Below the pieces are notes generated by a model. The model was not told the DNA's origin and did no database searches. It saw only the letters and a list, made by a program, of their open reading frames with translations. From Marsupella aquatica (Eukaryota > Plantae > Marchantiophyta), in assembly GCA_973895155.1 (NCBI GenBank), contig OZ316891.1, positions 13,113,037 through 13,177,036 of the forward strand: a stretch of 64,000 nucleotides of DNA. Direction: 5' to 3'. The position numbers were made by a program, and so were the translations under genes. Position 1 is the stretch's first letter. Each line of letters begins with the position of its first letter. Shown here piece by piece: positions 1-13,999 of the stretch.

Positions 1-887
1 ACGACGTTATCAAAGAAATCAATTTGTAGCGGCTAAGTTTTTGATGATGACGAGATTGTGATATCTCTTAATCGAGAAAAGGTTTCCAATGAGCCTCACA
101 TTGACAAATTTTGTCAAGTTCCATATGAGTATAAGAAATTTTGATCATGGGTTCATGAATTCTTTTAGCTTTCCAACATTGAATCCAACATTGACAAATT
201 TCATGTTAGATTTTGTCACGGTACTAAAGAGATCAGGAGGTTTTCAGCCTCTTCAGCCTTCTAATGTGTGACATTGAGATTATTTGTCAAAGAAATAGAG
301 AGATCATGTAGCTTGCCAATGAAACTAACATTGATAGATTTTGTCAAGTACTAAGGAGATGATGAGTTTTTAATTTTACTCTCTAGCTTTCCAATGAGTG
401 TGACATTGAGAGATTTTATCAAGACATTACTAAAGAGGTCACGAGTTTTTAAATCTTTATCTTGAGTTTTCCAATGAATCAAACATTGGTAGATTTTATC
501 AAGTACTAACAAGATTTATTATTTACTTTTACAATGTGAAGCCAAAGGGGTTTTAACTATGTACATTTCTATCCATTGGTTTTTTCAAACTTGCAAACAA
601 TTAAAAAATACAAGCATTTTGATATAAAACACTGATATATCTTTGACAAACATCAAAATAGTAACTTTGTTTTACTAAATGACATCTCTTCCTTTGTATT
701 TTGGTTTTTCTTACGTTTAATATTTACGGCATGGCGCCCAGAAAATGACGTTGCTTCTGCCACAAACAGGAATGTGCATGTTTGTTTTTGTTAAAAGTAG
801 GATCATTCCTGTTTGTGACTGGTTCTGGTGATGTGGTGCAACCTCATGGCAGAGAATTTGCAAGAGACCCCTAATGGGGGTCCGTAA
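1..887 (+). mobile_element. Copy 1 (cut by the window start) of a ~1.45-kb unclassified non-autonomous dispersed element
   Basis: Colinear with 45060-45951 and 60205-61073; ends in ATGGGGGTCCGTAA; internal ~60-70 bp degenerate subrepeats containing the near-palindrome TTGACAAA-T-TTTGTCAA. Confidence 0.85.
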
Positions 888-3069
888 AAACCGAACTGCT
901 GCCAAATGGCTGTAGAAAAATAGCAATTGCGACTCTGTCTCAGAAAAAATTTCCGCCATTGCACAGATCTGGTTTGTTTGAAATTTGGTCTTGGTAAAAA
1001 ATTCCCGACATTGTTTGGGATATGGGTAAAATGTAACCTTAATTTATGCTAAACTAAATCAGGGAAAAAAGTTGAAAAATGTAACGTCGCTTAATTCCGT
1101 ATAGCAATGTTCATCATAATAGAGCTCCCTTTGCTTGACTACAAACAATGGTTCAATTTCCTTCCATTTGCTTTTCATCATGAGCATGCATACAAGGGAG
1201 GAGATCCATAACACCCGAGATGACACCATTAGTGGCACCATTGAGTCAATCACCAGAAGTTATTGACTTAGTTACTTAGCATCTTTACACTAAGACATGA
1301 GGTTTATACCAAATAGTCCTTAAGTTGACACAAGAATCCTGTTTGGAAGCATGCAACACAGAAACTTTCCAAAGTCAAACTTATAAAAATAAATCAGAAG
1401 CCTAATTTGGTAGGCCCATCAATTTTGCAGCTAATGTGCAGGCCTTCAATTGCATTTTCCCATTTGGACAGATTCTGTCGCTGACTTCTCTCGTGAATAA
1501 TCTCTAGCCAAGGAAAGCTAAGGCATGGAACTACCACGTACCTTGGGAAGTTGGTTGAAGGTCAGACCCCATAACCTAGGATAAGCACCAAGTCGGCTCA
1601 ATTGTAGCACCCTAAGATATACGTCCGAATGGATGTAGGGACCTCATGTTGTGGCTAAGTGAAGTTTGAAGGGACTTAGTCTAAGGCCCAGAAACCGCCA
1701 CATGCAAACTCTTGCCACAGCCAATCTGCACCTGGCCATCAAAGAGCTTGTGACCAAGTTGACGATCCCCTTCAAGTAGTTACTCTGGCTAGTGAGCCAG
1801 CTACTTGGCAGGAAAGTCTTAAGCTGACAACTTTAGTAAGTACGTGGAAGCGTGATTGGGAAGGTTGGTTGGCTTCCGGAGCTCAAGTCACCCAAAGGGG
1901 CAGTGATCTTGAGCCCGGGTGGGGTGCTAGTTCCGCTATGGGCCAAAGAGACATAGGATATAAGGCAAAAGGGATCCTTGTGAAGGGGACGGTGTGCAAC
2001 ATATATATATACCTTATCCCCCCAAAAGGTGGGATTGTCCGTTTACAAACCCCTAAAAAAGCGGGAACCAATCCTGACCCTTTGTTTTTTACACCGCCAG
2101 ATTTGCCCATACACACCATCTAAAATGAATGCCTGCCCAAGCTGCCCTTTGGCTTGCCTGCACTTGCCCAAGATAAAAACTTGATTAATAACTTAATCAT
2201 ATTGATTTATATTTAAAAATTTGAGAAAAAACTTTGAAAATTTTGAGTATAAATAAAATATAGAAACCATTTCTTTCTCTAAACGTTTTAACCTAAAACC
2301 ATTTTTCCTGTCACTCAATTATGCTTGGACTCCATGATGCGGTGGCCACTATCTCACCTCTTCAATTTCTATGTACAATGCATAGGTTATTGAAGACAAC
2401 CACAAGAATTATGGTTGGAATCATCTCAACAACTACATTGCAAAGCTTATATTTTTTGCCTTGGATTGACATCATTTCTTGCCTAAGTCACATATTTTTC
2501 TAATCTTTACATATTTATCTATCTTCACCATCTTCTCTTGGCCTTGACATCTTTCTCTCATTTTGTCATCTTTACTTCACCATGACATTTTTTCTCACTT
2601 GACATTTTTTTCTCTCTTTGACATCTTTTTCTCTCCTGAAGATCTTTTCTCACCTTGCCATCCTTTCCTGCAGATATGACAGAATTAGACCTGACACAAG
2701 TAACTTTAAAAAACACATTCAATGTATCTGAACTCAAGTTCATGGCAAGACTTAATTTGGTTCCAACTAGAATGTAAAACTTGTGGTTGCATATATACAT
2801 ATGTTCATTGTAGTCACCCTTTGTATTCTTGCACTGAAAAGAGGAAGATTTCATGTTTGAAGGATTTTAAAAATTTGACTGGAATTCTTGAAATTGGGGA
2901 TGTTGAATCCGTCAAAGTAGAATCTGCAATATTGCAATACTACAACAAGATCTGCATCAAAATTTAAGTGCAACAGATGTCAACAATTTTGGATACATTG
3001 CTGGTGACAATCTATAACCCAGGAATTTGGGGATGTGAGTTCAAAGGCTCCTTGGCTTTAAGCCTGACC

Positions 3070-3945
3070 TGGCATAGCCTGGAACTTTGGGAATAGGACT
3101 TACCAAGAGGGAAGGAAACGAAGGGGTTTACAAATTCAGGGTTCATTGACATAATTGAGATGGGCTTTAGGCCATAACCCCTACTTCATTGGGCTTTGAC
3201 AGCTCCCTCCCCCTGTTTTTTAAAACCCTTAGATGGGTCCCATAACCATGTTTGTGAGATGGACTGCGAGGCCATTATTCTTCAGCCCGCGGCCCAGTAT
3301 TGAGACATTGCATGACATTGTAAAACCTTGATTGATGTGGTGAGCTCAGACTGGGCTTGCTAGAACTGACATGTGATATGACTAGTGTGGCATCATGAGC
3401 CTGGAACATTGGGGCTAGAGACTTACCAAGGGGGAAGGAAAAGGTTTTACATAATTGAGACTGGCAGTCCTTATGGCACCTAAATACAGCGAGTCCCAAA
3501 TAAAGTTAATGGGCAAGACTTTTGGGCATGGCATTATGGATATAGAGTGGCCTCCTGAAATAGGGCCTTAAATTCTTACAAAGTAAGTTTGGTTCCATAC
3601 TGAATTTACGGAGATGGACCATGAGGCCATCTGTTCAGCCTGGGGCCCACTGTCGAGGTTCCTTGTTCCTTCGTCGGCTATTGGTTGGGGACCCCTTGGC
3701 TTGTTTTTCTTAGGGCCCTTTCCCCTTTTTTTCTCCCCTTCATTGGGTTGCTTTGCCTTTGGGATCATGTCTCCCGCTTAGGCATTTTCCGCCCCTCGGC
3801 ACTCTGATATTATATAAGTGTTGTGGCCCGGCATGACACAGCAAGGCTCTGGCTGATGTGGCGAGCTCAGATTGGGTCTGCTAGAACTGACACGGTATGG
3901 CATGTGATATGACTAATGTGGCGAGCTCAAAATTGCTCTCCTAGA
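3070..3945. repeat. Degenerate local duplications upstream of the AFG1-like gene
   Basis: AGCCTGGAAC..GACTTACCAAG.GGGAAGGAAA occurs at ~3076 and ~3398; TGTGG(T/C)GAGCTCAGA.TGGG..TGCTAGAACTGACA occurs at ~3336 and ~3857, with a partial third copy at ~3917. Confidence 0.7.
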
Positions 3946-4710
3946 AACACTACCGATGCCTTACAGCGTACCCTGTATGTAAAAGAAGTCAGTGCACCCG
4001 TCAAAGGGCAGCTTCCAAAGGTCAGTCGGTCCTCTTAAATCGAGAGAGACTCATGTGGCGATGGCGGATTCGAAAGGTCCGTGTGTGTTATCACGAATTG
4101 CCAGGCTTATACTCTACGCTACTAGACAATGAGGCCCACCATCATGGTTCAACGCGAAGCTTTGACAATTGGCCCTCACCGTTTCTTCCGGACAAACTGA
4201 ACGAACATACGGCGACTCCATGTGCTCCGCTTGTACAGGAACCACGAGTTTTGTTACTTCACTGGACAGTCACTGCTGGAAGGAACTCCGCAATCGAGGG
4301 GGCCTGTGGTGGGTCCCTCGCATTTTCGCCTGTTCTTTCTTTCATCCTGTTCTTGCGTCGCCCTTCCCCTTTCCACCTCGCGGAGTTTGGCCGGATTCGG
4401 TTCGTGGAGTTGCTTGCGTTGATTCGATTTGAGTTGAGTTGAGTTGGCGTGAGGGAAAGAGGGCAATACTCTCGAGTTTTGCAATTTTTCCCTCCCGAAC
4501 AGACAGAGTAGTGCTTGGATTGTTCATCTCACCTCGTTTCGTACACCTAAATGACTTCGAAGAGATCGCGCCAGGGGCTTTTCTTCTTAGGAGCCACTGC
4601 GGCTGCAGATGTTGTTCCTGCTGCTGCCGTTGGGACGGTGATTTTCCCGGCAGGGTGAGGAGGAGAACGGAACGGCATTGATTTCTAGACTGTAAGGAGT
4701 TCGATAGAAG

Positions 4711-7700
4711 ATGAAGCATGCGGCCCGAGTCTTACGCGCCGTGAGGGTTCACTCACAGGCTGCCCGGAACATTTCAGCTGCCAGACGGAGAGGGCCTTTG
4801 ACCTACCAACATGGTCCGAGTCATCTGCCCCTAGAACAGGGGTGGACTTTCGCCGATTCCAATTTACCGCGCAGCAGCGTCGCGTTCGATAGCTTCACCA
4901 CTTCGCGAAATTTGTATTGCTCCCTTGCCAATTTGCTTCCGTCCTCTGTTGAAGGTGTGTCTCGCTTCCTTTTGCTTTTGGGCGTGTGACGATTGCCCTT
5001 GTCCGTTGTGTTTCATTTTGTAGTCATCGCTCTCCATGTTCTTGAAATCATTGGACCCGTCAAATTGATGCATTTAATTCGTATTCGTTGGCAGAGGATG
5101 GGCACCGAGCGGCCGAGAAAGGTCCGATGGCTGTTTATGAGCGTGAAATTGCTTCTGGTCATCTCAAGCCAGGCGACAAATATCAGGTAAATCGGGTATA
5201 TTGGGATCAGAGACGAGAGCATCAGGAGTAAGACACTGAATTGGGCAGGCATGTAGAGTTCACTTGAGATGACTATTCCTCCCGTAAATTGTGTAGTTGT
5301 CTGACAAGCAGGCACAATGTTCGAATTTGCAATGAACAGAAAGATGCGTTGAGAGCTCTTCAGGCTTTGTACGACGTGCTGCAGAGCGCAGCTGAAGAAG
5401 CGGGGCTGGAACGGAATTCCAACAGAGATGTCAAAAGGTATTTCTCCGAGAATTGTATTGCCAGTGGTGACTACAAGCTGAGGCAGGGAATTAATTTCGT
5501 GAGAGCCCAACTTAATCTGTCATATATTGGTAGGCTTAGAAATGCCGTTAAATATTTGCGGACAAGTTTCAAAATATTGTTACAAATTCTCTCGTTACAT
5601 ATCGACATCGTGCCATGAAAGAGACTGAATGGTTGGGTACCATGTTTGTCTTGCTCAAGGGGTTGGTTTTCCTATTTGATGCCAAAAGTTCAATGGCATG
5701 CTCAACCGTCAGTTCGTGGACTGTATCTCTATGGTGGTGTTGGGACAGGCAAGGTCTTTTTGACCCCTTTCCATCAGCATTTTTTTTAACTATTCCTCAA
5801 CCAGCACCTTTTTCGAGCAAGTTGAAAGTACTTGAGCATCAGCTCTTCAAGAAATATTATGAACACATCCCTTAGAGCTGTCGTTGTGAGATGAAGAAAA
5901 TACAAATGACGTATTCTCACTTTGCTTGACACAACTGCTTTATGATAGCTCTTTGAAAAGCTTATAGGCTTGTCAGTCGAAATTGTGTTTACATCATTAA
6001 ATAGGTTCACTGTTGGATATTCTCAGGCAAAACAAAAAAGATGAGGACAGTTTACTTAGTTATCTGAAATGTCAGGTGGTGGAACAACAATATGTTTGTT
6101 GACATCCTCATGTTACTAGTGTACAAATGACAGCTCATGTACTGACGCTTCGTCTATTTATTTCATGACAGGGAAAACAATGCTGATGGACATGTTCTTT
6201 GAGGAGCTGTAAGTCTACTCAATCGAAGTCAGTTTTTTTTGTTTTTCAAGTGACTGTCTGGGTCTGATTCTAGCATTTGTTGGAACATTGATGTTTGGCA
6301 TATCACGTATACTTTCATCGTCCCATCTTGCAAACATCGGTTTGGAGCATAGATTTCGCAATCATCATCACCATCTGAAGCCGTTTAGTTAGCATATATT
6401 CCTAGTCTGCCGCCACTGGAGCTGGACTTTTACGTTTTTCCAATTCTTTCGCGTGCATAGCTCCTGGCTTTGTTCCTATCAGCATTTGGAACTCTTTTGT
6501 CAAATATTTCCTGTGTCAGCGTTTGTGTTGATAAAAGCTAGATTGAACAGCAGGAGGAAAACTTGACAAAACAGTTGCATGAGCAGGATCTTTAGCCATA
6601 AATGGAAATAACAGTGAACAGCGCACAATGGCTTCCCAAATAACGAAGGACATGTTTTTGCTTTTATTCCTTATCTCTCTTGAATGTTTCACATTGAGGT
6701 GATGTGTTGTATATCCGCTCACGTTTTGACAGTTTTAACGGTTCAGTTGGTTTGCTCCATCTACCCTTGTACATAAACAGTGGCACCCTTTCAGACTAGT
6801 GACTTTCCTTATATCTCATAGTAAGGAGCTATTACGTTAACTCCCAACTTTGTCAAACAATGTTGTCGTTTAGGACTGCACTGGTCGTCTGTTTTAGCAA
6901 TCACGAATCTTATTGAATTGTAAAATAATGTAATTGGTTATGACATGTACTAAGAGCAAGTTTGCTATATTGGTGTACTTTCAGTCCGAAAACCTGGAGG
7001 AAAAGGAGAATTCACTTTCATGACTTCATGCTTGAAGTACACAGCCAATTGCAGGTGTGCACTTTCTCGGTTACGATCTTTTAACAACACTTTTAAAATA
7101 GGAAAAAAATGTCCTTGCTGTGAAGGGTTGCACACTCTAAAAGCTACGAAAAGGGTTTTCTTGTCAGAAATATGGGCTCAATTCCAGTTCCTCGCTGTCA
7201 GCAAGTTTCTTCTAAGGGCAGAGTTACCCAAATTCATGTTCTCTTAATAGTTTAACCCTTTGCTTGTGGTCAAACATACTATTGATTGATTTGGGTATCT
7301 CATTGTCTCTACATCTCTCCCTTTCTGGGGCCCGGTTGCTTGATTGGAACTTACGTCGTTCATCTCAGCTATTTGGGTTGGTTGCTCTTGCTTGACTTGA
7401 TCTTATTCAACGTGGTTGTGATGTATTTGCACTCACTTCTTTTGTGTCTTAGAAAACCAGAAGCCAAGCAGATCCATTAGCACTTGTCGCCGATGACATT
7501 GCAGATGATGCGATATTGTTGTGCATTGATGAGTTCATGGTGAGATTCTAGATTTTTGTCTCAACCCTTTGGGAATATCTCTACTTCAGAATACTGCATA
7601 CTACATTGAAGTGTGCTCATTGGGTCTTCTTGGTGGAGGCATATTTTACAGCTTGCTCGCCTCCTAGGACAGCTATTTTCTTTCTCCAGTCTGGACACGT

Positions 7701-9893
7701 GACAGGGGTGGTTTCATCTTTGAATGTGATGGTAGATTACGGATGTTGCAGATGCGCTGATTCTTAATCGTCTTTTCGACCATCTCTTCAGACGAGGGAT
7801 TGTGAGTGTTCTCAAAACTATCGGTCCTCCCATTTCAGATGTTTAATGTCAAAGTAAAAATGAACTCTAGAAGTTGCTGGTGTTCTTTATCTGGGCAGCT
7901 GCTTGTACTGCGAGACATGCTAGTCTGACGCACTGATCCAGCATAATATGTTATGGGCGTTGTGTGAGATTCGTACTACTGGAAGGTGCAGATTCCTGAA
8001 CATGATCAATTTTTGATGTTTTGCATGCTTGGTGCTTTGAAGCCCTGAAACGTACTGCTGTGGGAACAATATGGCAGATCCTTGTCTCGACATCAAACAG
8101 GCACCCCGATCAACTTTATGAAGGTGGCTTGCAGCGGGATTTGTTCCTGCCCTGCATTGCGTCCTTGAAAGTAATATCTCTTAACCCTCATCTGAGATTT
8201 CTGATGGAATATGAAGGTTCTCAAAGGCCCTTTGTCCACTCTACAAGGCTATTACTGTAATTTCCCGAAGACGGGCTTATCCGGATGTTTGTAGATATGC
8301 TATGACTGTGTCGGGAAGGAAAAGTAGACTAACATCATGAGCTAAAGGAAAGACATCAGCAGTATTATGCACTCCACAGTTGATAAGAAGTTCATCCAAA
8401 CGTTCTTGTTTTAATAGCTACTTTGTTTTAATGGTCATGCTCTAAGAAATTCGACTGTAGCTAAGTCTGGCTGACACTTGTGCACAGGCTCGCTGTGTTA
8501 TCCACGAGATCGGGTCAGGAACAGACTACAGAAAGTTGACTGCAGTAATGTTTTAACCCTTTACGACTGATATAGTGGTTTTTGCGGTTATTGTTTTGAA
8601 TATAATGATTTGACAGAACGATTTTTCTGCCAAGTAGTGTCTTGATATGTTAGTGTGTTTGGTGAAGTATTTCTCGTGAGGCTGTGATTGTTCAATTGAC
8701 TCGGGAAGTTTTGCCTCACCTAACAACTGCTATCCTAATTGCAGGCTGAGCAAGGAATGTATTTCACTGGACCAGACGCAGCAGAAGATCTGCAAGAGAA
8801 GTTCATTCAGATTACGAATGACCAAGAAGCAAAGCCAGCAATTGCAGAACTCAGAATGGGCCGCAAACTGCAGGTGTGGATAAATGTTCATAGTAACTTG
8901 CGCTTAGTAATCTCATTCCGAGTAAGAAATTAATTTATTCACTGTCCTTTCCTTTAACATGTGATTGTGGTTCTCATGGATAGGTACCACTGGCAGCTGC
9001 AGGGTGCGCATATTTTCAATTTCATGAGCTTTGTGAGATGCCTTTAGGGGCTGCAGATTATTTTGGACTCTTCAGTAAGCTATCGACTCCTTACTGCCTG
9101 ATATACATACTATCAAATTGAGGAGCTTGTAGTTTCTTGCTTGCCTCTCCCCCTTCTGAGGATACAGTGCTGTCATCTTGGTATAAATGACTACTCTTAT
9201 TCCCAAGTTTTGGTTGATGGAATCTGTATCGTCTGGGCCTCATCATAGTGCTGATAAGACTTGATACCTGCAGAATATTTTCACACATTGGCTTTGGAGG
9301 GTGTCCCCATCTTTGGTTCTCATAATCGAGTTTCAGCCTACCGCTTTGTAACTTTGGTTGATGTAAGCGAATGCTCCATCCCCTATATTTCTAGTCATAT
9401 ACAAGACTTGTGCATGATTTAGTTGCTCGACATTGTACGTTGCTTGATTTTGATATTGTCAAAACCGTTGTCCGCTTTGTTCGCAATGACGTATGGACAT
9501 TACAAGAATCTGACTTAGTGGCGTTGTTTTAGGTTATGTATGAGCACAAGGCTAGGTTTTTGTGCTCTGCAGAAGGAACGCCTTTTGAACTCTTTGAGAA
9601 GGTTACAACGCTTGCTGCTGCACCCAGAAAGTCTTCCTCAAGATCCAGCAGACATGAAGATGCTGATCTTTTGGTCGACAACGAGTTGGGATTTGCCAAA
9701 GACCGCGCTATCAGCAGGTGGGTAAATACCTTGTCTTGTTCCCTGTCTGCAATTGCTTCCATGTCATGAACTCAATGCCTGTCATTGTAAAATGTGCAGA
9801 TTAATAGAAATAAACAGCACAGAATATCAGGAGGATCATGCAGCAGCTTACAGTAATTTCCAGCAAAAGGCTCCAGCGACGGGCATCGAGTGA
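4711..9893 (+). CDS. AFG1L: AFG1/LACE1/ZapE-family AAA+ ATPase (AFG1-like, probably mitochondrial), ~506 aa, 15 exons
   Basis: Exons 4711-4954, 5095-5186, 5340-5437, 5660-5748, 6172-6208, 6985-7054, 7453-7539, 7736-7801, 8078-8170, 8488-8544, 8745-8873, 8984-9074, 9274-9362, 9533-9717, 9800-9893 join in frame (1521 nt). Motifs: RGLYLYGGVGTGKTMLMD (Walker A), RIHFHDFM, LLCIDEF (Walker B), TSNR.PDQLYEGGLQRDLFLP, LGAADY, RFVTLVDVMYE. The Arg/Ala-rich N-terminus resembles a mitochondrial presequence. Confidence 0.95.
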
Positions 9894-11119
9894 GCAGTGG
9901 AATGCGTCGTTCCATTTTATAACCGATGGAAGGAGTTCCTTCATAGGTGATGACTCCCTCTCGTGTATCCCCAGCTGAAATCAGGGTTAATGGAGATTTT
10001 CGCTGTGTATCTAGATATCTGTGCGCCTCAATTGTAGTTCAAGCTACAATATGGTAAAGGGAGTACATTATTTTTGCCTCAGTTCATCACGAAGATCTGT
10101 CGGACTGACCAGGCCTATTGACCCACATTTTTCTTTGAAGACTTAATTTATTCCGGAATGCAATAACTGGGACTAGCACAGACGCGACAGTTGGCAACCT
10201 CACATTTGATAGTGTCAAACTCAAATTTTTTTTACATTCAAATCCCCTTGACAGCGAGGGGTTGAATATCTATCACTCAACATTGTAGAGGTGATTCAAA
10301 ATTCTGGATTCAACGAACAATTATTTTTAAGATAATCTCGAAATTTTTCTTTTCTCCGGCCTACACATCACCGTGTTTGAAAAGTGTTCTGGCTTTCTTC
10401 TCTATCGTGGTTACAGTGCATGTACTGTTCTGAGAGCATTTTCCAAAATCTTTCAAATGTTACAACTGGAAAACGTCATTGACGTCGCTTGTGCAAAAGT
10501 GATCTCAATTTCCAAAACTTCTTACGGAAAGGCCCAGTGTACATCAGTTTTGGACCAAGCGCAGTGTAGATCAGCTTTTTACCAAAGAACGATTGTTGTG
10601 ATTTAGCGAAAGAGTGCCAGTGGACACGTATCCACAACGAGTTACTAAATGAACTCAAGTTTGTGAATCTAGAGATGTATTCTAAATGGATTTCATCATG
10701 AATTCCAACAATCGATCTTATCTGAACTCGGGAAAGACTGAAGGTGGAACAGGCAACTTTCTCAACATTTATGTACATATTAACAACTGTTTTGGCAGTC
10801 CATCGTCAAGAGCCATTTATTGTGTAACGGGGTGTTTACAGTAAGTGGGTGTCCCTCTGGCTTTACCTCGTCGCCCTACATGTGCAACAACAATCCAGTT
10901 GTCCCGAGGTCGCCAGATTGGCAGTACTTTCAGCCGCATTCCAGTTATTGGTGTGCATTTCAGCGATTCACCCAAATCGAGTGCGACATGTGTGATACCA
11001 TGTGATCAAATACGGAGTACTACGTACAGTTTGCAGTGTTGCAATGAGTGTGCGTACTTTCGCTCTATGACATACGTCTTGCAAATGCTGGAAGGAAAGC
11101 CGCGAAGAGATCGTGGTGT

Positions 11120-11435
11120 CGCAACTTAGCGAAACAAGGAAAGCAAAGAACTTGTGATTTCAATCCCTGACGCAACTTAGCGAAACAAGGGAAGAATTAA
11201 TTGGTTACAGAAGACGGGAGTAATTGGGGATGGAGTCCATCAAGTATGCACTTGTGGGGCAGGAAGGAAGGATGCAGCTAAGTGAGGCATGATTAGTTGC
11301 GCAATCGAAGACGAAGGTAGTCAGGTATGGAGTTTATGGACAATGGTTTTGCGGGCAGGTTGCGCAATCGAAGAGGAAGGTAATCAGGTATGGATTAGTG
11401 GGCAGTTGCGCAATCGAAGGCGTAATCAGGAATGG
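11120..11435. repeat. Short degenerate direct repeats
   Basis: CGCAACTTAGCGAAACAAGG twice (~11120, ~11171); GTTGCGCAATCGAAG..AAGG.A.TCAGG.ATGG three times (~11297, ~11359, ~11405). Confidence 0.7.
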
Positions 11436-11952
11436 GTTTGTGGGTAGAAAGGAAGGAATGAATGATTGTTTGGTTGGTGAACTGAAGACGGTGGGAATTT
11501 GTCAAAATGAATGGATTGATGGGGCAAGGATAATGAAGAAGGTGGAATCGGTCAATCGGGGATGGAAGGATGTAAGGATGGAAGACCGAGGTTTGGCGGG
11601 GTAAGAGAAACGCCTAAACGAAGTTGGCAGCACCAATCATGATGGGGAGCTTGATTGCGGTAATGACGAAAAACGCCTGAACGCAGTCGGCATGGGGACG
11701 ATTGGAATTCACGGTTATTTTGTGCGGAAATATGGCTCTAACTCCGAAAGTGAGGCCCCGATGGAACAAAACGCTCAGCTCGGTTTTCGCACCAATACCC
11801 TCTCTAGACTCTTGTTTGCTTGTGTCTCAAGAGTATATCTAAGATCCAATCTCATTCTGTTTACTAGAGGTCTCAAACCTGGAAGCTCGCGGAAAAACAA
11901 ATATGCCCAAAATTATCAGTTTTGGTCACTGGTTGGAGTGTGCGGACACACG

Positions 11953-12347
11953 TTTCCGTGTTAGCAACTCTTTTTTCAGGAATTTGTCACTGACCGCATC
12001 TGGAGGCAAAAAAGAGAGATTTCAGACACCGTACAGGAGTGAAGTCTCCATGGCCTTTGATTTGGTGACATTTTTTAAACCATGAGATGACCTACAGTGT
12101 CACTTTTCAAGAGCTAATGTAGTAGGCAATTTGCCTTCTTACTCTCATTTCCGTGTTAGCAACTCTTTTTTCAGGAATTTGTCACTGACCGCATCTGGAG
12201 GCAAAAAGGAGAGATTTCAGACACCCCACCCTACAGGAGTGAAGTCTCCATGGCCTTTGATTTGGTGACATTTTTTAAACCATGAGATGACCTAAAGTGT
12301 TACTTTTCAAGAGCTAATGTAGTAGGCAATTTGCCTTCTTACTCTCA
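11953..12347. repeat. Near-identical tandem duplication of ~195-200 bp
   Basis: TTTCCGTGTTAGCAACTC...TTGCCTTCTTACTCTCA at 11953-12147 and 12148-12347. Confidence 0.95.
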
Positions 12348-12458
12348 ATGGCCACTGATAGTGGTGGGGCCATAGAACCACTTGAATTGTAGAGAATTAA
12401 TTGAGAGACAGTTATCAGTGTATTACGTTCTGTATAAGTAGAAAAGAGGGTCTTGATG

Positions 12459-12985
12459 TACTCCATCCGACTCCCTCCCATAAAGCGCAATCAAACATTA
12501 CTCCTTGGGCTTACTGTGAATTTAGCTGATAAAGCGTAATCAAACATTACTCCTTGGGCTTACTGTGAAGAGTCTAGACCATGACCTTAACTAAAGCCCA
12601 ATCAAACATTATTCTTTACTCCATCTGACTCCCTCCCATAAAGCGCAATCAAACATTACTCCTTGGGCTTACTGTGAATTTAGCTGATAAAGTGTAATCA
12701 AACATTACTCTTTGGGCTTATTGTCTAGAGTGAAAGCCTCTAGATCATGACTTTAACTAAAGCCCAATCAAACATTATTCTTTGGGCTTATTGTCTAGAG
12801 TGAAACCTCCAGACTTGAACTAAAGCCCAATCAAACATTATTCTTTGGGCTTATTGTCTAAAGTGAAGTCTCTAGACCATGACTTTAACTGAGACCATAA
12901 CAAAAAATGAAAGTACAATGAGAGGCAAAGATAACAAACAATAGTATTCCAAAGTACAATGAGAGGCAAAGATAACAAACAATAG
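12459..12985. repeat. Minisatellite of 7 variable-length units, followed by a 41-bp-period doublet
   Basis: AATCAAACATTA(C/T)TC at ~12489, 12538, 12600, 12647, 12696, 12766 and 12829; AAAGTACAATGAGAGGCAAAGATAACAAACAATAG twice at ~12910 and ~12951. Confidence 0.9.
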
Positions 12986-13999
12986 AATTCCATACTATGA
13001 GTGTTGGTTTGTTCCTTCTTCCTACAACATTTTTTTTTCTCCTCATCTCTATTTATTATCAAAGAAGGGGAAAGAAGGTGTAATAGGCTAGTTTTCTCCT
13101 CATCCTATTGGTTCATCCTAGCTTAAATTTAGTTGTTCGCCTTAAAAAATGTATTGACAACAATCGAGGGAGAAATCCCTAAGAATCAATTAAGACCACC
13201 ATGTGCCCACAATCCACCACATGGAAGTTTGTGCTTCCACAAGGATATTCGCAGTATACACGAATACCGGTACACTGATTAAATTATTAGGTGCTGTAAT
13301 GCACGGATACTGTAAAGCAACAGAATAGTACAACATAATGGAAGCAAAGTCAACAAAGAACCAATTGAAAAAAAAGTCTCGTCACTCCCCTCTTAGTCAG
13401 GCATATAGCATAGACTTGGTGGTGAAGCTAGATCCCTATGCGAGATCCATGAATGCTTAGAGTCTACACTTTACTAAAAAATCCAGTGGAATGTTCCATC
13501 ACGTCCAGGTCAGTACTACCTATACCTACCTTTAGCTTGCACATCCTACTTTTAGGGACAAAGAAGCTTCTTAGTCTATGCGCTTGCCTAAAAGTTAAAA
13601 CCTTCCATCTCTGATTCTTTTACACTTTTTGTTGGCACTTTTGCAGTCAAAGTAAAACTTACAAAATTACTTTACTAGTTACCATATCTACCTAAGGAAA
13701 GGTCAATCATATGAAACTTGAATCTAGAGTGAAGCTTCTCCAGTAGACAGTGTCTATGGGGCAAATTTACACTTGAGGGTGTAACTCAAACTGGGTCTTA
13801 TTGTATGCATCATCTATTTATGAGCAAAACTTGGATATTAACCATGACACTATTTCATAACAAAACCGTAGGCTATTGTTTTGACAATTAAAGTATGCTG
13901 GGAGAGGCATGGGGAGTCAAATTATAGGGAGCCCTTCCTGGAGTTCCAAAGGGACGTCATGGTACTCACCATCTATTTACTAGCATTAAAGTTAGTATT

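Noticed and set aside
12459-12895. CRISPR-like repeat/spacer appearance
   Set aside because: The spacers are related to and duplicated from each other and vary in length; there are no cas genes and the DNA is plant nuclear. It is a minisatellite.
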